Positions 26,814 through 35,833 of a stretch of 43,006 nucleotides of DNA are shown one piece after another. The stretch is from a virus (lineage: Duplodnaviria; Caudoviricetes): IMG/VR virus record IMGVR_UViG_3300035492_000412, positions 1 to 43,006 of that record; one strand, 5' to 3'. Each line of letters opens with the position of its first letter. The first letter of the stretch is position 1. A program made the position numbers and the translations under genes. The notes under the pieces are model-generated. The model worked only from the letters and a program-made list of their open reading frames with translations. It searched no databases and was not told the DNA's origin.

Positions 26814-27191
26814 ATGCCTGCCATCCAGGAACCCCGCAACCTCGGTGATCTCCTCAAGTACGAGGCACCGAATCTTTATTCACGCGACCAGGCCACGGTC
26901 GCTGCCGGCCAGAACCTGCTGCTCGGCGCCATCGTCGGTCGCGACAGCACGAGCGGCAAGCTCAAAGCGCTCGACCCGGCGGCCACCGATGGCACCGAGA
27001 ACGCTGCTGGCGTGCTGGCCGCTGACATGGACGCGACTCTGATCGACCGCGAGGACGCGCTGCTGATCGCCCGTCACGCCATCGTCGCGAGCCACGCGCT
27101 GGTGTGGCCTGTCGCTGTCACCCCCACCGAAAAAGCCGCCGCGATCGCTCAACTCGAAGCGCGTGGTGTTCTCGTCCGTACCGCCGCCTGA
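26814..27191 (+). CDS. Head decoration protein (gpD-like)
   Basis: 125 aa between protease and capsid; YSRD..T...GQ.L..G.I.G, P.A.DG.E.A.GVL. Confidence 0.82.
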   Translation: MPAIQEPRNLGDLLKYEAPNLYSRDQATVAAGQNLLLGAIVGRDSTSGKLKALDPAATDGTENAAGVLAADMDATLIDREDALLIARHAIVASHALVWPVAVTPTEKAAAIAQLEARGVLVRTAA

Positions 27192-27206
27192 CCCAGGAGA
27201 CATACC

Positions 27207-28229
27207 ATGCAGAACCCCTTTGAAAACCCCGGTTTCTCGATGGCCAGCCTGACGGCGGCCATCAACCTCCTGCCCAACCGCTACGGGCGTCTGGAGCAAC
27301 TGAACCTGTTTCCGGCCAAGCCGGTGCGCACCCGGCAGATCATCGTCGAGGAGTACGCCGGTCGCCTGAATCTGCTGCCTACCCGCGCGCCCGGTTCGCC
27401 CGGCACGGTTGGTGAACGCGGCAAGCGCAATCTGCGCTCCTTCGTGATCCCGCACATTCCGCACGACGATGTGGTGTTGCCCGAGGAGGTGCAAGGCCTG
27501 CGCGCCTTCGGCTCGGAAACGGAGATGGAAGCCATTGGTGGTGTGATGGCCCGCCATCTGGAGACGATGCGCAACAAGCACGCGATCACCCTGGAGCATC
27601 TGCGCATGGGCGCACTCAAGGGCAAGATCCTGGACGCTGATGGCAGCGAACTGGTCGATCTGTTCGACGAGTTCGACATCACTGCCCAGTCCGTTTCCTT
27701 TGAGTTCTCGACCGCCACCGACAATGGTCAGCTCAAGAGTGCCTGTCTGGAACTCCTTGGGCTCATGGAGGAGGGTCTCACTGGGGAGTTCTCGACGGGC
27801 GTCCACGTGCTGTGCTCGCCGGAGTTCTTCCGCGCGCTGACCACCCACAAGGAGGTCAAGACCGCCTACCAGAACTGGCAACAGGGTGCGGTGCTCATCA
27901 ACGACATGCGCTCGGGCTTCAGCTACAGCGGCATCACCTTTGAGGAGTACCGTGGCCAGGCTTCCTTCGTGCAGGCCGACGGTACGTTGGGCACTCGCCG
28001 CTTCATCGCGGCTGGCGAGGCGCATGCCTTCCCTCTGGGCACGGTGGATACCTTCGCTACCTACTTCGCGCCAGCGGACTTCAACGAAACGGTGAACACC
28101 TTGGGCCAGCCGCTGTACGCCAAGCAGGAGCCGCGCAAGTTCGACCGGGGCACCGATCTGCACACCCAATCGAACCCGCTGCCGATGTGCCACCGCCCGG
28201 GTGTGCTGATCAAGCTGACCTCTGCCTGA
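27207..28229 (+). CDS. Major capsid protein (lambda gpE-like)
   Basis: 340 aa; SLTAAIN, TLEHLRMGALKG, GITFEEYRG, QSNPLPMCHRP; position. Confidence 0.9.
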   Translation: MQNPFENPGFSMASLTAAINLLPNRYGRLEQLNLFPAKPVRTRQIIVEEYAGRLNLLPTRAPGSPGTVGERGKRNLRSFVIPHIPHDDVVLPEEVQGLRAFGSETEMEAIGGVMARHLETMRNKHAITLEHLRMGALKGKILDADGSELVDLFDEFDITAQSVSFEFSTATDNGQLKSACLELLGLMEEGLTGEFSTGVHVLCSPEFFRALTTHKEVKTAYQNWQQGAVLINDMRSGFSYSGITFEEYRGQASFVQADGTLGTRRFIAAGEAHAFPLGTVDTFATYFAPADFNETVNTLGQPLYAKQEPRKFDRGTDLHTQSNPLPMCHRPGVLIKLTSA

Positions 28230-28507
28230 TGGACGTCGCGACGCTCTATGAAGCGGCCCAACGATCTGGGCTGCTGACCGCCGTGATCGTCGGTGGCTCC
28301 ACGGTCCATTGCGCCTTTCGGGCGCCCGATGAAACCGTGCTCGATGGTTTCGCGCTGTCGAAGGACTACCAGATCGACTACCCGGCATCCTGGCTGATGC
28401 TGAATGCCGGGGACACGGTCGAGGTGGCAGGCCACAGTTACCAGGTCCGTGATGTCCGCGCCATCGGCGATGGCAGCGAGCGCCGCGCGTCACTCTCCCG
28501 GCTCTGA
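28229..28507 (+). CDS. Head-tail joining protein (FII-like)
   Basis: TGATG coupling; beta-rich GDTVEVAGHSYQVRDV..IGDG. Confidence 0.65.
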   Translation: MDVATLYEAAQRSGLLTAVIVGGSTVHCAFRAPDETVLDGFALSKDYQIDYPASWLMLNAGDTVEVAGHSYQVRDVRAIGDGSERRASLSRL

Positions 28508-28519
28508 GGAATCCCGCTC

Positions 28520-28945
28520 ATGAACTCCATCCGCGAGTGCCTCTTGCGGGAGGTGGTTGCACGCCTGACGTCTGCGGTGGCGCCCGTGCCGGTACTGCGG
28601 TTTCCGACTGTGCCGGTGGCGCGGGAGGCCAGCCCCGCACTGCTGGTGTTTGCCGAAGGCGACAGCATCACTGCACATGCCAACCACCTCGTCGACCGAG
28701 TGCTGGTCGTCCGTGTGGTGGCCGTGGCGCGCGGCGCCGATGCCTTCGACCAGGCCGATCTGGCCGTCGTCGCCGCCCACGCCGCCCTGATGAGCGACAC
28801 CAACCTTGGCGGTCTGGCGCTGGCCCTGCGCGAGGTGGATTGCGAGTGGGACCCGGAGGACGCCGACGCTGGAGCCGTGGCGCTGCCAGCCCGCTACGAG
28901 ATCCGCTACCGCACCCACGCCCTTGACCTGACCCAAAAGGGATGA
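28520..28945 (+). CDS. Tail terminator-like protein
   Basis: SIRE....V...L start, LGGLA, YEIRYRT end; position before the tail tube. Confidence 0.6.
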   Translation: MNSIRECLLREVVARLTSAVAPVPVLRFPTVPVAREASPALLVFAEGDSITAHANHLVDRVLVVRVVAVARGADAFDQADLAVVAAHAALMSDTNLGGLALALREVDCEWDPEDADAGAVALPARYEIRYRTHALDLTQKG

Positions 28946-28952
28946 CCCAACG

Positions 28953-29132
28953 ATGAACATCGAACTCCTCAAACCCCATACCCACGCCGGCACCCCCCTC
29001 GTGCCGGGGGACCGGCTCGATCTGGACGAGGCATCCGCCCGCTGGCTGATCGACGCTGGCGTCGCCAAGCCCACCGAAGGACTCGGTGACCCAGACGGCA
29101 AACCTCAACCCAACGCACGCAAGGGAGACTGA
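28953..29132 (+). CDS. Small structural-module protein (59 aa, not in the ORF track)
   Basis: MNIELLKPHTHAG...GDRLDLDEASARWLIDAGVA; fills the gap exactly before the tail tube gene. Confidence 0.65.
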   Translation: MNIELLKPHTHAGTPLVPGDRLDLDEASARWLIDAGVAKPTEGLGDPDGKPQPNARKGD

Positions 29133-29134
29133 CC

Positions 29135-29887
29135 ATGCCTTACTTCTCTGGACAGGGGCGCGTCTACATCGGCGCCCGCGACATCACCGGCAAGCCGCAA
29201 GGCCTGAGCTACGTCGGCAATGTGCCCGAGCTCAAGGTGTCGCTCTCGGTGGAAACCCTGGAACACCAGGAATCCACCAGCGGCCAGCGCCTGACTGACC
29301 TCCAGTTGATCAAGACCAAGAAGGGCGAGTTCGCCTGCACGCTGGAAGAACTGATCCCGGTCAACCTGGGCCTCGCCCTGTACGGCACGACCACAGAGCA
29401 GGTCAGCGGCACGGTGACCGCCGAGGTGCTGCCTAACCCCGTAACCCTGGGCAGTCGCTACCTGCTGGCCAAGCAGAACGTCTCGACAGTGGTGGTCAAG
29501 GATTCCACCGCCACCCCCAAGACGCTGCCGGCAGGCCAGTACACCCTCAACGCCAAGCACGGTTCGCTGGCGATCAACGACAAGACCACCGGCGGCCCCT
29601 ACGTCGAACCGTTCAAGGTGGACTACGCCTACGGCGCAGCACAAAGCACGGCGATGTTTACTCAGCCGCTGCCTGAGCGTTGGGTACGTTTCGAGGGCCT
29701 GAACACGGCGGATGGCAACCGCGAGGTCGTGATCGATCTCTACCGCGTGGCCATCAATCCGGCCAAGGAACTCTCCGTCATCACCGACGAGCTGCTCAAG
29801 TTCGAGCTGTCTGGACAGGTACTGGCCGACACCCTGATGCCGGCTACGGGCGATCTGGGTCAGTTCGGCCGCATCGTGCTGCTGTGA
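29135..29887 (+). CDS. Major tail (tube) protein
   Basis: YFSGQGRVYIG, VGNVPEL.VSL, FEGLNTADG, FELSGQVLAD; upstream of the chaperone and tape measure genes. Confidence 0.8.
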   Translation: MPYFSGQGRVYIGARDITGKPQGLSYVGNVPELKVSLSVETLEHQESTSGQRLTDLQLIKTKKGEFACTLEELIPVNLGLALYGTTTEQVSGTVTAEVLPNPVTLGSRYLLAKQNVSTVVVKDSTATPKTLPAGQYTLNAKHGSLAINDKTTGGPYVEPFKVDYAYGAAQSTAMFTQPLPERWVRFEGLNTADGNREVVIDLYRVAINPAKELSVITDELLKFELSGQVLADTLMPATGDLGQFGRIVLL

Positions 29888-29897
29888 GGGGGTCGCG

Positions 29898-30290
29898 ATG
29901 AATGAATTCGCAGCCTTTCCACCTCGGCCGCAGTCGCTGGAGGTCGCCGGTGACACCCTCGCGCTCACACCGATCCGGGTGGGCGAAGTGCCGGCACTGC
30001 TGGCGGCCATCAAACCGATCGCGCCACAGCTTGTCAGCGGTGATCCGGACTGGCTGGCGCTTCTCACCGATCACGCCGAGGCCATTCTCGACGCGCTGGC
30101 GGTGGCCGCCCGCCGCCCCCGCGAGTGGGTGGAGGGGCTGGCTCTGGATGAAGCCGTGCAGTTGGCGACCGCGCTGTTCGAGGTGTATGCAGATTTTTTC
30201 GTGCAAAGGATCGCACCAGCGATCCAGAACGCGGCCGCACGCATAGAGGGCAGAGTCCAGGCGGCTGGGATGACGCCATCCAACGGCTGA
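29898..30290 (+). CDS. Tail assembly chaperone (G-like)
   Basis: Position; ADFF encoded by GAT TTT TTC, a slippery site. Confidence 0.75.
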   Translation: MNEFAAFPPRPQSLEVAGDTLALTPIRVGEVPALLAAIKPIAPQLVSGDPDWLALLTDHAEAILDALAVAARRPREWVEGLALDEAVQLATALFEVYADFFVQRIAPAIQNAAARIEGRVQAAGMTPSNG

Positions 30291-30478
30291 TTCACGCTGG
30301 CCATCGCTTGCCCGACATCCTGAACTACACCTTGGCGCAGATGGAGGCCTTCCTGGCGGCAGAGCATCGTCGCCAGTGCGAACACTTGGGCCTGCTGCTT
30401 GCCGTGACGGCAGTGGCCAGCCAGGGCGACAAGCGCGCCATCGAGCGTCTGCAACAGGAGCTCGACCGTGCGAATTGA
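29898..30478 (+). CDS. Tail assembly chaperone, -1 frameshift product (GT-like)
   Basis: T TTT TTC at 30194-30200; the -1 frame is open to TGA 30476-30478 (RLIHAGHRLPDILNYTLAQMEAFL...). Confidence 0.65.
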
Positions 30479-31109
30479 CCTCTCTACCAGTGGGCTACTC
30501 GATCCGCGCGAGCTATCGGCCTGGTCCACGGCGCGCCGGCAGGCGATCCATGCCGCCCTCGGGCGGGGCATGCGCGCCGGCTTCCGCGAGGTGCGCGACG
30601 CCGCTCGCAGCCAGATGCGCAGCGCCTTTCAGGTCAAGCGCACGAGTTTCGTGTCCTCGATGCAGGCCAAGGTGCTGGACAAACAGCGCGAGCGCTTTCC
30701 GGCACTGCTGGTCGGCAGCCGCATTCCGTGGCTCGGCATCCACCAACGGGGCGGCACGGTGAGCGGCAACCTGCTCATCCCGCTGCTTCCCGGTCGGATC
30801 GGCCCCAAGCGTTTCCGCCAGGTCATCGACAGCCTGATGCGCTCGGGCAACGCCTTCTTCATCGAAAAGAACGGCCGCGTCCTCCTGATGGCTGAAAACA
30901 TCCGCGAGAACAGCGGCGCACTTGGTCGCTTCAAGCGTGCCGAGCGCAGCCGAACGGGTGCCAAACGCATCGCTCTCGGGCAGGAAATTCCGATTGCCGT
31001 TCTGGTCCGGCGCGTCGATCTGAAACGGCGCCTGGATCTGGTCGGCGCCGTTCAACGCGCCTTGCCACGACTGGCGAGCGCCATAGAGAAAGAGCTGGCT
31101 CGAAGCTGA
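30468..31109 (+). CDS. Basic tail-module protein (DUF6441-like / gpZ-like)
   Basis: AGGAG RBS plus GTG; Arg-rich; coupled to the tape measure gene. Confidence 0.65.
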   Translation: MRIDLSTSGLLDPRELSAWSTARRQAIHAALGRGMRAGFREVRDAARSQMRSAFQVKRTSFVSSMQAKVLDKQRERFPALLVGSRIPWLGIHQRGGTVSGNLLIPLLPGRIGPKRFRQVIDSLMRSGNAFFIEKNGRVLLMAENIRENSGALGRFKRAERSRTGAKRIALGQEIPIAVLVRRVDLKRRLDLVGAVQRALPRLASAIEKELARS

Positions 31110-33616
31110 TGGCCAACAACCGCGCACAGATTCTGATCAGCGCCGTCGACCAGACCCGGGGCGCTTTCGACTCGATCAAACGCAACCTCGGCGATCTGGG
31201 CTCAGCCGCTCAGTCGCTCAAGGGGGTTCTCGCTACGCTGGGCGTGGCCTTGTCGGCTGCTGGTCTGGGCGCGATGGTCAAGTCGGCGCTGGATTCGGCC
31301 GACGCCCTGTCCAAACTCTCGCAGCGCGTCGGTATCACGGTCGAGTCGCTGTCGCTGCTGATGCCAGCCGCAGAGCTCTCCGGCGTCAGCGCCGAGAAGT
31401 TCGAGGGTGGCCTGCGTCGCCTGGCCACCCGGATGATGGAGGCCGCGACCGGATCGAGCGAGGCTGCACGCAGCTTCGAGGCCCTCGGGGTTGCCTATCG
31501 CAACCAGGACGGCAGCCTGCGTGCCTCCGACCAGGTATTGCTCGATCTGGCCGACCGCTTCAAAGCGATGCCCGATGGCGCAGAAAAATCGGCGCTGGCA
31601 ATGCAGGTCTTCGGCAAGGCCGGAGCCGATCTGATCCCGTTTCTGAACCAGGGTCGCGACGGGGTCGAGGCGCTGACGGCGGAGATGCAGGCCTTGGGCT
31701 TGCAGATCGGAGGCGACACCGCCGTCCAGGCCGAAGTATTCAATGACGCCTTGGCCAAGGTTCGCATGGCTGTGAGCAGCATCGCCAACCGGGTGATCGA
31801 GGCCTTTCTGCCGGCGATGACCGAGATGGCCAACGGGATGGTGGAGTCGGCCAAGCAGGGGGGTGCGCTGCGCGCCGTGCTCGATGGCGTGGTGCTGGTC
31901 CTCAAGACCCTGGCACTGGGGGCAGCAACTGTGGGCAAGGCCTTTGTGGCGCTGGGCGAGGCCATCGGGGCAGGTATGGCGGCCGCCGTCGAGGCGCTGT
32001 CGGGCAACGTGTCTGGCGCCAAAGCCATCATTGCGGAGCTCAAGGGCAGCCTGGTCCAGCGCCTGGACGAACTGGCCGAGTTCCGCGACAGCCTGTTCGA
32101 CCCGAAGCCGATCGAGGTGCGCGCACCGGGAATCGTTGCAGAGCCGGCGCTCGTCGAGCGGCTGCGCACCCCTGGGCGGGCTACAGGTGACAACGCAGCC
32201 GCCAGATTGGCGTTGGCCAAGGCCCGGGCGGATGCCGAGCTCAAACTGCTCAAGGACACGCTGGCTCGCCAAGCCCGAAGTCTGGACGAGGCGCTCGATG
32301 CGCGGTTGATCTCGCTGGCCGACTATTACGCCGCCAAGACGGCGCTGGAAACCCGCGAGATCGACGCCGAGATCGCCCGCACGCAGGCCTTGCTGGCTGA
32401 ACAACAGCGCATCGCCACCTCAGGGCGGGACGAGGGCGTTCGCCTTCGGGCCCGGGCAGAAGTGGCCAAGGTCGAAGCGGAACTCATCGTTCTCAACAAC
32501 AAGCGGGCCGATGTCGAGATTGCCAATGCGGGCAAAGCGGCCGCCGCCGAACGTGCTTTGCGTGACGAACTCGGGCGAGTGCGCGAGGAACTCCTCGAAC
32601 TCACCGGCCTTGCGACCGGTCAGGATCAGCGCGCTGCCATCGAGCGCCCATACCAGTCACTGATCGAGCGGCTGCGAGCCGAGGGCGATACCGAGGGTGT
32701 AGCCACCGTTGGTCGCCTGATCGACGTCAAGGTCGCAGCGGCGGATCTGGCGACTTACGAGCGCCAGTTCAACGATGTACTGGGTCGCATGCGGGTGACC
32801 GAACAATCGATCAACCTGCAACGCCAGGCGGGCCTCTTGACCGAGTCCCAGGCCCGCGCCCAGATCCTGGCCCTACACCGGGAAACCGGGGTGACCCTGG
32901 AATCCCTGCTGCCGCAGCTCGAGGCCAGCGCTGGCGCCATCGGCCCGGATGCGCTGGCGCGCGTGCAGGCTTGGAAAAACGAGATCGCGCAGGTCAAGCT
33001 GGTGGTCGATGACGTGGCCGTGGCCATCGATGGCGCCGTGCAAAACGGTTTCGCCCAGATGTTCGAGGCCATCGGCAGCGGTGCCAAATCCGCCAAGGAC
33101 GCCTTCGCAGACTTTGCCCGTTCGGTGCTGGCGGCGATCAACCGCATTGCCTCACAGAAGCTCGCCGAGTCGCTGTTTGGCAGCCTCTTTGGCGGAGGAG
33201 GTGGCACAGGCGGGGGGAGCTTCGGGGCGTTTGTCTCCTCGTTCTTCAAGGGCTTCGCTGCGGGCGGCTACGTCACCGGGCCCGGCACATCAACCAGCGA
33301 CTCGATTCCAGCGCGGCTGTCGGCGGGGGAGTTCGTGGTCAAGGCGGCTGCGGTCAAGCGCATCGGAGTCGGTTTCCTGCAGGCCGTCAATGGTCTGTCG
33401 GCCGGGCCGCGTGTGCAAGGACCGGCGCTGGCGTTTGCTGCCGGAGGCCTGGTGCCTGACGCTGCCCCGGCACAAGCCCCGAGCAGCGCGGTGCGCATCG
33501 TCAACGTGATCGACCCGGCGATGGCCGCCGACTACCTCAATTCGTCCTCGGGCGAAAAAACCATCCTCAACATCCTGCAGCGCAACGCCGGCGCAGTGCG
33601 GCAGGTGTTGCGCTGA
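31109..33616 (+). CDS. Tail tape measure protein
   Basis: 835 aa, Ala-rich helical; ISAVDQT start; C-terminal FAAGGYVTGPGTSTSDSIPARLSAGEFVV. Confidence 0.9.
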   Translation: MANNRAQILISAVDQTRGAFDSIKRNLGDLGSAAQSLKGVLATLGVALSAAGLGAMVKSALDSADALSKLSQRVGITVESLSLLMPAAELSGVSAEKFEGGLRRLATRMMEAATGSSEAARSFEALGVAYRNQDGSLRASDQVLLDLADRFKAMPDGAEKSALAMQVFGKAGADLIPFLNQGRDGVEALTAEMQALGLQIGGDTAVQAEVFNDALAKVRMAVSSIANRVIEAFLPAMTEMANGMVESAKQGGALRAVLDGVVLVLKTLALGAATVGKAFVALGEAIGAGMAAAVEALSGNVSGAKAIIAELKGSLVQRLDELAEFRDSLFDPKPIEVRAPGIVAEPALVERLRTPGRATGDNAAARLALAKARADAELKLLKDTLARQARSLDEALDARLISLADYYAAKTALETREIDAEIARTQALLAEQQRIATSGRDEGVRLRARAEVAKVEAELIVLNNKRADVEIANAGKAAAAERALRDELGRVREELLELTGLATGQDQRAAIERPYQSLIERLRAEGDTEGVATVGRLIDVKVAAADLATYERQFNDVLGRMRVTEQSINLQRQAGLLTESQARAQILALHRETGVTLESLLPQLEASAGAIGPDALARVQAWKNEIAQVKLVVDDVAVAIDGAVQNGFAQMFEAIGSGAKSAKDAFADFARSVLAAINRIASQKLAESLFGSLFGGGGGTGGGSFGAFVSSFFKGFAAGGYVTGPGTSTSDSIPARLSAGEFVVKAAAVKRIGVGFLQAVNGLSAGPRVQGPALAFAAGGLVPDAAPAQAPSSAVRIVNVIDPAMAADYLNSSSGEKTILNILQRNAGAVRQVLR

Positions 33617-33654
33617 ACGCTCGACCCTCACATCCCACTCCGGACCTATCGACC

Positions 33655-34905
33655 ATGGCTTACGAGACCGGTATCGCCAACAACCACGAAGATCTGCTCG
33701 CACGGCTCGTCACCTTCCTGTCCTCCGGGCTCGGGCCTGCCGAGAACTGGGAAGTGCTGCGCTACACCGGGGTGAGCGAGATCGAAGCCAGTTCTTTCGT
33801 CGTGAACTGGGAGCCCTGGGCGGCTTTCAAGGGGCCGTACCACAACCACGCCAACGGCTGGTCGACGGCGGTTGGGCAGGTCGCCAATTGCTGGCTCAAG
33901 TGGCGGCTGGTACAGCCCCTCGACATCGAACGCCTGACCCTGCTCGGCAGTGCCACGGCCAATCAGTCGCCACGCGACTTCGCCCTGCAGTGGTCGGACG
34001 ATGGCAGCACCTGGTTCGACCGCAAGGTGTTCACCGGGATCACCTGGGCCAACAACGAGGCCAAGGAATTCGCGATCGACGGCGCCTCGCCCGGCGCCAA
34101 GTCGCGCTGGCGGATCTTCGTCGCTGCCAACGGGGGCAATGTAACCAGCACTGTGATCCGTCAGGTCTTGCTGCCCGAATGGCAGATTTACCAGGACTTC
34201 AATCACGCCCGCCGACCCGCCGTGTGGTTGAAGGCGCCCGGCATGACCGGGTTTGACCCCTGTTACGTGAACTTCCAGATCTACGACCGCCCGACCAACG
34301 ACTACTACAACATCGCCGTGACCGGGGCGACCGGCTTTGTCGGTGCCGCCGAATTCGACAATCAGCCCGGTGCCCTGACGGCACTGGCCATGCCGCTGTG
34401 GAATGGGCCGATTCCGTATTGGTTTGCCGGTAACGGCCAGCGCGTGATCGTCTCGGCCCGGGTGGATACCGCGTACCTTAGTTGCTATGCGGGCAAGATG
34501 CTGCCCTTTGGCACACCCCAGCAGTACCCGTACCCCTTGCTGATCGGCGCGCCCCTGCCCACGGCCTCTGGCACCCGCTACTCGGACAGCGCCGTCGTTC
34601 TGCCCTACAAGGGCAACCGCACGACCCTGAAGCTGCGCAGCAACAACGGCACCTGGATTCAGCCCCTGGCCTGGCCTTATTCGAAGACCACCACCTTCCG
34701 TGACACCAATGGCGCCTGGCCGTTGCTGCCGATCACGCTCTACGACAGTGCCAATACCTACGGGGTGCTCGATGGCCTGCACGCCATCACCGGATTCGGC
34801 AATGCCGTGGAGAACACCGTCACCGTTGGGGCGCACACCCACCTGGTCCTCCAGGACGTCACCCGCAACGGCCTCAATGACTTCTTCGCCATGAGGATCG
34901 CTTGA
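33655..34905 (+). CDS. Virion structural/tail protein with an inserted discoidin (F5/8 type C)-like domain
   Basis: Follows the tape measure gene; EASS..W.AF.G..W...WLKW...SPRDFALQWSDDGSTW...RWRI. Confidence 0.65.
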   Translation: MAYETGIANNHEDLLARLVTFLSSGLGPAENWEVLRYTGVSEIEASSFVVNWEPWAAFKGPYHNHANGWSTAVGQVANCWLKWRLVQPLDIERLTLLGSATANQSPRDFALQWSDDGSTWFDRKVFTGITWANNEAKEFAIDGASPGAKSRWRIFVAANGGNVTSTVIRQVLLPEWQIYQDFNHARRPAVWLKAPGMTGFDPCYVNFQIYDRPTNDYYNIAVTGATGFVGAAEFDNQPGALTALAMPLWNGPIPYWFAGNGQRVIVSARVDTAYLSCYAGKMLPFGTPQQYPYPLLIGAPLPTASGTRYSDSAVVLPYKGNRTTLKLRSNNGTWIQPLAWPYSKTTTFRDTNGAWPLLPITLYDSANTYGVLDGLHAITGFGNAVENTVTVGAHTHLVLQDVTRNGLNDFFAMRIA

Positions 34906-35831
34906 TGGCCTACCAGACCGGCGTCATCACCTCCGCTGCCGACCTCGTGACCGTGGTGCGTGACTTCGCACTGGCCAATGGCTGGAGCGCCAATGGCCAA
35001 GTGCTGAGCCAGGGTGACACCCACGTTCGCCTCACCGCGCCCAGCAGTTCTGAGGTGCGCATCGAGGGGGCGAGAAACGCCAACTTCGTCGCACCCGACC
35101 TCTGCCCGCGCCACAGTCGGATCTTCAACACCAGTTGGCCCACGCAAGCCGCGTACCACATCGTCGCATTCGACAACCCGGCCACCGTCTGGTGCACGAT
35201 CAACTTTGCGGTCAATCGCCACCAGCACATCGGATTCGGCACGATCGAGAAGTACGGGAACTGGGCCGGTGGCGGCTGGTTTCATGCCCAGCACACGCCG
35301 GCATCGGCCGATGGCGCGGTTTGCTCGGTGATCGATGGGTCGCAGCAGCCGTACTACTCCAGCAGCCCCAGGGAATGTGCGCTGTTCTGGAGCCCGACGA
35401 TGCGTGACGCCTGGAACGGCGCCTATCAGGAGAACGCGGCGAGCAGCCTGCACTGCGAACTGCGGGGCTACGTCTGGGAGCCACCCACCGGATCAACGGC
35501 CATCGGGGTCCACTGTCCCTCCATCCTCACGCCGATCCAGAAGGTCAATCCCAACGCCTTCAACGGCCAGACGGTGCTCACACCGTTCCAGCTCTTCCTG
35601 CAGAACACGGACGGCCACTACATGAGCATTGGCCATGTCGGCCATCTGCGCTTCGTCAAACTCACCCATTACAACCCGGGCGACGTGATCGAACTGGGGC
35701 CCGACCGCTGGAAGATCTTTCCGTGGTACATCAAGGACGCCAACTATCCGGACGGCAAGCAGGTGGCCTACAGCGATGGCAACTACAGCACCGGGCTGCT
35801 GGGCGTGGCTGTGCGCTATGACGGGCCCTGA
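34905..35831 (+). CDS. Virion structural/tail protein
   Basis: TGATG coupling; MAYQTG start similar to the previous gene; YNPGDVIELGPDRWKIFP. Confidence 0.65.
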   Translation: MAYQTGVITSAADLVTVVRDFALANGWSANGQVLSQGDTHVRLTAPSSSEVRIEGARNANFVAPDLCPRHSRIFNTSWPTQAAYHIVAFDNPATVWCTINFAVNRHQHIGFGTIEKYGNWAGGGWFHAQHTPASADGAVCSVIDGSQQPYYSSSPRECALFWSPTMRDAWNGAYQENAASSLHCELRGYVWEPPTGSTAIGVHCPSILTPIQKVNPNAFNGQTVLTPFQLFLQNTDGHYMSIGHVGHLRFVKLTHYNPGDVIELGPDRWKIFPWYIKDANYPDGKQVAYSDGNYSTGLLGVAVRYDGP

Positions 35832-35833
35832 AC

